A stretch of DNA of 45,500 nucleotides, taken from contig JBCCHT010000065.1 in NCBI GenBank assembly GCA_039028615.1, positions 1-45,500 of the forward strand. The letters run 5' to 3'. Of the stretch, positions 40,827 through 45,500 are shown one piece after another (position 1 is the first letter of the stretch; every line of letters starts with the position of its first letter). The translations under genes were made by a program, and so were the position numbers. The notes beneath the pieces are model-generated. The model did not search any database, was not told the origin of the DNA, and was given only the letters and a program-made list of their open reading frames with translations. Source of the stretch: Myxococcota bacterium (lineage in GTDB: Bacteria > Myxococcota_A > Polyangia > Nannocystales > Nannocystaceae).

Positions 40827-41162
40827 ATGCTGCTCATCTGCACCAAGACTTGAGGCACGTGTCGCAAGGCGGTCGCCTTGCTCAACGAGCACGAGATCGA
40901 GTTCACCTACCGTGACTATCGCAACGAGCCGCTCAGCCGCGCGGAGCTCGACAAGGTCCTGAAGAAGCTCGGCGTCGATGCCCGCGAAGTGCTGCGCTCG
41001 CGCGACGCCAAGAAGCTCGGCCTGACCGGCGACGAGAGCGACGACGAGCTGCGCGATCTCATGGCCGACAACCCCACGCTGCTGCAGCGACCCATCGGCG
41101 TGGTGGGCAACAAGGCCGCCCTCGGGCGCCCGCCGGAAAACCTCCTCGAGATCGTCGGGTAG
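40827..41162 (+). CDS. ArsC/Spx-family protein, probable selenoprotein (in-frame TGA 40851-40853)
   Basis: ATG CTG CTC ATC TGC ACC AAG ACT TGA GGC ACG TGT CGC AAG GCG gives MLLICTKT-U-GTCRKA, in frame with the 40878 ORF (DYRNEP, NPTLLQRPI, LGRPPE); alternative start 40812. Confidence 0.85.
40864..40881 (+). promoter_or_regulatory. Putative bacterial SECIS element
   Basis: Perfect stem GCAAGGC/GCCTTGC with GGTC loop; 17 nt between the UGA and the loop, which starts with G. Confidence 0.7.
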
Positions 41163-41221
41163 CGCCCCGAGGCCCCTGGCCCCCAAGCAGGCGTGGCTCG
41201 GTACCGTGATATGGTCCGGCC

Positions 41222-41668
41222 ATGTCTGCCATGCCCTCGTTCTCGACGATGTGGACCCACTACCCGAGAGGGTCGTCCGCGGAGGTCAAGGCCAAGATCG
41301 GCGGGAACGTGAACCTCGGCTGGGTCACCAACACCTGCGTGATTCGCCTGTCGTATTGCTTCAACAAGGCGCAGCACGCCATCCCCAACGGGTACGCCGG
41401 GCTGAGCACCGCTCGCGGCGGTGATGGCCTGCGCTACGCGTACCGCGTCCGGGAGTTCAACACCTACCTGGGCACGCGCTACAAGGCCCCCGAGATCAGC
41501 GGCCCCTCGAACGCCGCGGCCGTGGCCGGCAAGAAGGGCATCATCATGTTCGACGTCGACGGATGGTCGGACGCCACCGGTCACTTCGACCTGTGGGACG
41601 GCAACAGCTGCGCGGGCTCGGACTACTTCGACAAGGCGCAGTCCGTCTCGCTTTGGATCTGCGAGTAG
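41222..41668 (+). CDS. Tae4-family peptidoglycan amidase (T6SS effector-like)
   Basis: IGG.V, NTCVIRLSY..N (catalytic Cys), YRVRE, KKGII.F, WSDATGHFDLWDG (catalytic His), LW at C-terminus. Confidence 0.9.
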   Translation: MSAMPSFSTMWTHYPRGSSAEVKAKIGGNVNLGWVTNTCVIRLSYCFNKAQHAIPNGYAGLSTARGGDGLRYAYRVREFNTYLGTRYKAPEISGPSNAAAVAGKKGIIMFDVDGWSDATGHFDLWDGNSCAGSDYFDKAQSVSLWICE

Positions 41669-41678
41669 TCGCGCACGA

Positions 41679-41706
41679 CCGGGTCCGCCTCCGCCCGCGG
41701 ACCCGG
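41679..41706. terminator. Hairpin between convergent genes
   Basis: Perfect 10-bp stem CCGGGTCCGC/GCGGACCCGG. Confidence 0.6.
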
Positions 41707-41716
41707 CACTCGCTGG

Positions 41717-42388
41717 CTAGAACACGCAGGCGACGGTCGCACTATCGGAGACCGTGACCTCCGTGCCCTCGATGTCGAGCACCACCTCGAGGTCGTAGGT
41801 CTCGTTGCACAGCACCACCGAGCACCCGGTCGCGGGCATCAGGCTGTCGGCGATCTTGCTCATGAACAAGCCCGTGTCGTCGCCCGGATCGATGGGGCCG
41901 ATGACCGGCGGCGTCAGCTCGATGGTGCCCGCCTCGGAGCTGCGGGCGTCGATGAAGGTCGCCGACACCACCGACACGGTGGCCGGCACCTCGCCCACGT
42001 TGTCGAGCTCCAGCATGAAGCCCGCGCCCACCGGGTCGGTCGCCACGATCGGCATGCAGTCCTGATTGATCATCAGGCCGCTCATCGTCACGTCGACCAT
42101 GGCCTGGGCACCGCCCGACGACGACTCTTCGCCCTTGCCTTCGGTCGTGTCCCCACTGTCTGCGCTGTCGGTGTCGTTCGTGGTGGCCCCGCCGTCCGAA
42201 CCAGAGGTCCCCTCCCCTCCGCCCGAGCTGGTGCCGTCGGCCCCGCCGCTCGTGTCCGAGCCGCTGGTCAACGGGGTGCTCATCCCGGTCTCGGAGCTGG
42301 CTCCGCCCGTGTCGGTGGTGGTCGAGTCGTCACCGCAGCCCGCGATCAGCACCGATGCGATCGCCCAGTAGGAAAGTCGTACGTGCAT
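41717..42388 (-). CDS. Lipoprotein with S/T/G tether and Ig-like beta domain
   Basis: LIAG-C lipobox, low-complexity linker, four-Cys beta-rich C-terminal domain. Confidence 0.78.
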   Translation of the reverse strand: MHVRLSYWAIASVLIAGCGDDSTTTDTGGASSETGMSTPLTSGSDTSGGADGTSSGGGEGTSGSDGGATTNDTDSADSGDTTEGKGEESSSGGAQAMVDVTMSGLMINQDCMPIVATDPVGAGFMLELDNVGEVPATVSVVSATFIDARSSEAGTIELTPPVIGPIDPGDDTGLFMSKIADSLMPATGCSVVLCNETYDLEVVLDIEGTEVTVSDSATVACVF

Positions 42389-42451
42389 GCCGCGAGTATG
42401 GGGCCGCAGCCCCCGTCCGTGCTACTAGCAGCCGGTCGAAGCAGGTCCGCC

Positions 42452-42991
42452 GTGAGATTCAGGCACCGCAAGCAGCGCAGATCGAGCATGGCGGCGTGGG
42501 TCCTCCCGCTGGTCGCGTGCGCGGCCACGCCCTCGTCGGCTCCATCCCCGGCCGAGGCCCCGAAAAGCGCCACGCCCACGCAGCCCGCCCAGATCGAGTC
42601 TTTGCACTGGCTGGCGGGCTCCTGGGTCTCCGCCGATCCCGACGGCCCGCGCACCGTCGAGCACTGGCTGGCCCCGGACGGCGGAACGATGCTCGGCATC
42701 AACCGCACGGTGGCCGGAGACCGGACGGTATTTTTCGAGTACCTGCGCATCGAGGTCGAGGACGGCGGCCCGCTCGTCTATCTGGCCAGTCCCAAGGGCC
42801 GACATCCTCCGACTCGGTTCGCCCGCGTGGACCAAGGGCCACAGTGGATCGCGTTCGAGAACCCGACCCACGATTTTCCTCAGCGCATCGAATACCGCCG
42901 CGCGGGAACGCAGCTCACCATGACCATTTCGGGGCAAGAGCAAGGCCAGCCCAAATCGTCGTCCTGGTCCATGCGGCGGCTCGAAGATTGA
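42452..42991 (+). CDS. DUF6265-like lipoprotein
   Basis: L.WLAGSW, EHW..P.GG.MLG, FEYLRI, FENP.HDFPQRI.Y; lipobox LVA-C; start uncertain (42452 or 42488). Confidence 0.8.
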   Translation: MRFRHRKQRRSSMAAWVLPLVACAATPSSAPSPAEAPKSATPTQPAQIESLHWLAGSWVSADPDGPRTVEHWLAPDGGTMLGINRTVAGDRTVFFEYLRIEVEDGGPLVYLASPKGRHPPTRFARVDQGPQWIAFENPTHDFPQRIEYRRAGTQLTMTISGQEQGQPKSSSWSMRRLED

Positions 42992-43229
42992 CTCTAGATG
43001 CCGCTGTGGGCCGCATCGCGGGCTCCTAGCGCAACCTTCGCAACGGGACGCCGTCCAGGGAATAGGACCGCGGAGCCCTTCGTTGGAGCAGCGGCACTCG
43101 CGCGTTCAGATCGACCCCGCTCGGTGCGCGTTGTTCGGGTACCGCCGAACATTCCCGTCCCGTGGTGGTCTTGCCCCCTGACGGGAGCCTTCGCCCCAGT
43201 TCACACTATCGGTCGCACCCCACCGCCTC

Positions 43230-45026
43230 ATGCCCAACGATCTCGTCGCCGTCATCACGCGCTGGACCCGTGACACCAATCGTCGCGTCGGACTCGAGGA
43301 GTCCGTGCGAGCCCTCGCCTGGCTCGCCATCGCCGCCGTGATCGCGGCCGCGGCCTTGCTTCTGCCCGGGCTCGTCGATGGAGCCGGCTTCGTGTGGTCC
43401 GAAGCACTGCCCACCGAGCAGACGATGGCGACGGTCGCCTACGTCATCGGCGGGGTCGCGCCGCTGGTCATCCTCGGGGTCGCGGTCGTCCGCTACCGAC
43501 GTCGTCGCATCGACTCGCTGTCGATGGCACGGCGTATCGACGAACAACAGGGCACCAAGGATCTGGTCGCCACCGCGCTGGCGGTGCAGTCGGGCACCGT
43601 GTCCGGCAGCCCCGAGCTGCAGCAAGTGGTCATGGGTCGCGCCGTGTCGGCGGTGGGTGAAGTCCGCCGTCCGCTGCCGAGCTTCTCCGTGCCCGCCGCG
43701 CTGCTCACCAGCGCAGGGTTGATGGCCGCGCTGAGCATGGCCTTCCCCTGGCTGCTCGACGAAGTCGCCGCGCTCACCATCTCCCCCGCCGAGGCGGCCG
43801 AGAACGACGACGACACCGTGGCCGGCGACGAGGAGGTCGAGCCCCTCGACGAGGAGACCAAGGAACGCATCGACAACGCCATCGAGCAGCTCCAGCGCTA
43901 CGAGCGAAATCCGGCGCTGCGTCGCGAGGCTCGGGATCAGCTCGCCCAGGCGCGCGAGCACCTACAGCGAGCGCTCGACGATCCGAAGCAGGCCGCCAGC
44001 TCGCTGTCGCGGGCCGAGCAGGCGCTGCGCCAGCTCGCCAAAGAGGCGCGCCGTCAGGGCCTGTTCGACAAAGAGCAGCTGTCGGAGATGAGCGAAGAGC
44101 AGCTCACCAAATCCATGAGCGAGGCCATGGAGAACAACCAGCACGACACGGCCGCAGAGCTCGGCAAAGAGCTGGCCGAGCGGATGGAAAAGGGCAGCTC
44201 CCCCGAGCTCAAGTCCATGGCGGAGGCGTTCCGCAAGCACTTCCCGCCCACCAGCACCCCGAGCCCCGGCCCCAAGCCCGAGGGCAGCCGCGAGACCGGC
44301 AAGGAACGACGCGAGCGCTGGCGCAAGCAGCTCGAAGACATGGCCAAGGACATGGAAAACGGCGAGTCCGGCATGTCCTCCTCCGAGATGCGACGCTTGG
44401 CCGAAGAGCTCGGTCGCGAGGCCGAGCGCGGCAACGGCAGCATGGGTCGCGACCTCGACGAGACCCTGGGCGAGGTCCGGGGCGCGCGTCGTCGTCACCT
44501 CGACGAGCTGGGCAAGAAGCGCGAGGGCAAGGGCAAGCCCGGCGAAGGCAAAGGCCCCGGCAAGGGGGGCAAGAGCGGCAAGGGTCCCGGCAAGGGTGGC
44601 AAGCCCGGCAAGGGCCGCGGCCCCGGCAAGGGCGAAGGCAAGGGTCCCGGCGAGGGCAAGGGCAAGGGCGGCGAAGGCAAGGCCGGTGAGGGCAAGGGCA
44701 AGCCCGGCGAGGGCGACTCGAGCGACGGCCCGCCCAGCGGCAAGCCCGGCCCGGGCGGCGGCGCAGGCAGCCGACGCTACGGCTTCTTGCCGCCCGGCTC
44801 CGTCGGCCCGGCCAGCCGCGTCGACGTGCCCTCGGGCGGTCCCCCCGAAGGCGCGGTGCGGATCATCGAGCGCGCCGCGACCGGCCCCGGACGCACCACC
44901 AAGGAGTACGAGGACATCCACCACGAGTACTCCGCCGTGGCCGAGGCCGCCGTCCGCCGCGAAGAGATTCCCCTGACCCGACGCGACTACATCCGCGACT
45001 ACTTCCAAGCCGTTCGGCCCAAGTAG
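43230..45026 (+). CDS. Membrane-anchored coiled-coil protein with G/K-rich tail, MoxR-associated
   Basis: Three N-terminal TMs, coiled coil, GKG repeats, C-terminal E.IP...RDYIRDYF motif; directly upstream of moxR. Confidence 0.75.
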   Translation: MPNDLVAVITRWTRDTNRRVGLEESVRALAWLAIAAVIAAAALLLPGLVDGAGFVWSEALPTEQTMATVAYVIGGVAPLVILGVAVVRYRRRRIDSLSMARRIDEQQGTKDLVATALAVQSGTVSGSPELQQVVMGRAVSAVGEVRRPLPSFSVPAALLTSAGLMAALSMAFPWLLDEVAALTISPAEAAENDDDTVAGDEEVEPLDEETKERIDNAIEQLQRYERNPALRREARDQLAQAREHLQRALDDPKQAASSLSRAEQALRQLAKEARRQGLFDKEQLSEMSEEQLTKSMSEAMENNQHDTAAELGKELAERMEKGSSPELKSMAEAFRKHFPPTSTPSPGPKPEGSRETGKERRERWRKQLEDMAKDMENGESGMSSSEMRRLAEELGREAERGNGSMGRDLDETLGEVRGARRRHLDELGKKREGKGKPGEGKGPGKGGKSGKGPGKGGKPGKGRGPGKGEGKGPGEGKGKGGEGKAGEGKGKPGEGDSSDGPPSGKPGPGGGAGSRRYGFLPPGSVGPASRVDVPSGGPPEGAVRIIERAATGPGRTTKEYEDIHHEYSAVAEAAVRREEIPLTRRDYIRDYFQAVRPK

Positions 45027-45063
45027 GCTGCCAACCCGGCGATCCCCACGACAGCGCGACCGC

Positions 45064-45500
45064 ATGAAGACCGTCATCCCGTCCCAGACTCCCGCTGCGC
45101 CTCCTGCCGACCAGGCCCCCCCGGCCAGCGGCGCTCCGATCACCGAGCAGCGCCTGATGCAGGCCCAAGAGGCCCTGGGTGCGCTCAAGGCCGAGGTCGA
45201 GCGTCGGCTCTACGGCCAAGACGCGCTCGTGGTCCAGGCCATCATCGGCCTGCTCGCCCGCGGCAACGTGCTCATCGAAGGCCAGCCCGGCCTCGGCAAG
45301 ACGCTGCTCGTCCGCGTGCTCTCCGAGGCGCTGCACCTGGACTTCTCGCGCATCCAGTTCACGCCCGACCTCATGCCCGCGGACATCACCGGTTCGCAGA
45401 GCCTGGTCCACGACGAGCACGGCCGCGCCAGCCTCGAGTTCCGGCCCGGCCCCGTCTTCGCCAACATCGTGCTCGCCGACGAGATCAACCGCGCCACCCC
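45064..45500 (+). CDS. moxR: MoxR-family AAA+ ATPase (runs off the window end)
   Basis: Translated by hand from ATG 45064: YGQD, NVLIEGQPGLGKT, FSRIQFTPDLMPADITG, GPVFANIVLADEINRATP; absent from the ORF track because it has no stop. Confidence 0.93.
   Translation, partial: MKTVIPSQTPAAPPADQAPPASGAPITEQRLMQAQEALGALKAEVERRLYGQDALVVQAIIGLLARGNVLIEGQPGLGKTLLVRVLSEALHLDFSRIQFTPDLMPADITGSQSLVHDEHGRASLEFRPGPVFANIVLADEINRAT

Noticed and set aside
40878..41162. 94-aa ArsC-like ORF or pseudogene call
   Set aside because: It lacks the catalytic motif; the upstream in-frame UGA with a SECIS-like hairpin explains the gene better

Overview
GC-rich bacterial DNA, most likely Myxococcota (Nannocystaceae-like), inferred from many lipoproteins with Ser/Thr/Gly-rich tethers, FHA proteins, a DUF1592/DUF1552 pair and a Cys-rich repeat protein. 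About 38 genes are supportable. Left to right: a short, possibly truncated Lys/Ala-rich ORF next to a low-GC edge; a ferritin-like gene; an hcrCAB-like molybdoenzyme operon; a degenerate metallophosphoesterase lipoprotein; a beta-helix/SO2930-type diheme cytochrome pair; a polysaccharide export locus (priming transferase, FHA-fused co-polymerase, OM beta-barrel, short OPX, PilZ, rmlBACD); an FHA hybrid kinase; ppk1; a DUF1592/DUF1552 pair with atypical codon usage; an ECF sigma/anti-sigma/SGNH unit; metabolic genes and lipoproteins; an ArsC/Spx-family gene with an in-frame UGA; an orphan Tae4 amidase; and the start of a MoxR operon. The two best observations are (1) a polysaccharide co-polymerase with an N-terminal phospho-Thr-binding FHA domain and no tyrosine kinase, and (2) a probable selenoprotein (UxxC plus SECIS-like hairpin) that the ORF track truncates. 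No rRNA, tRNA or CRISPR array was seen. All family calls come from reading motifs by eye, not from database searches.
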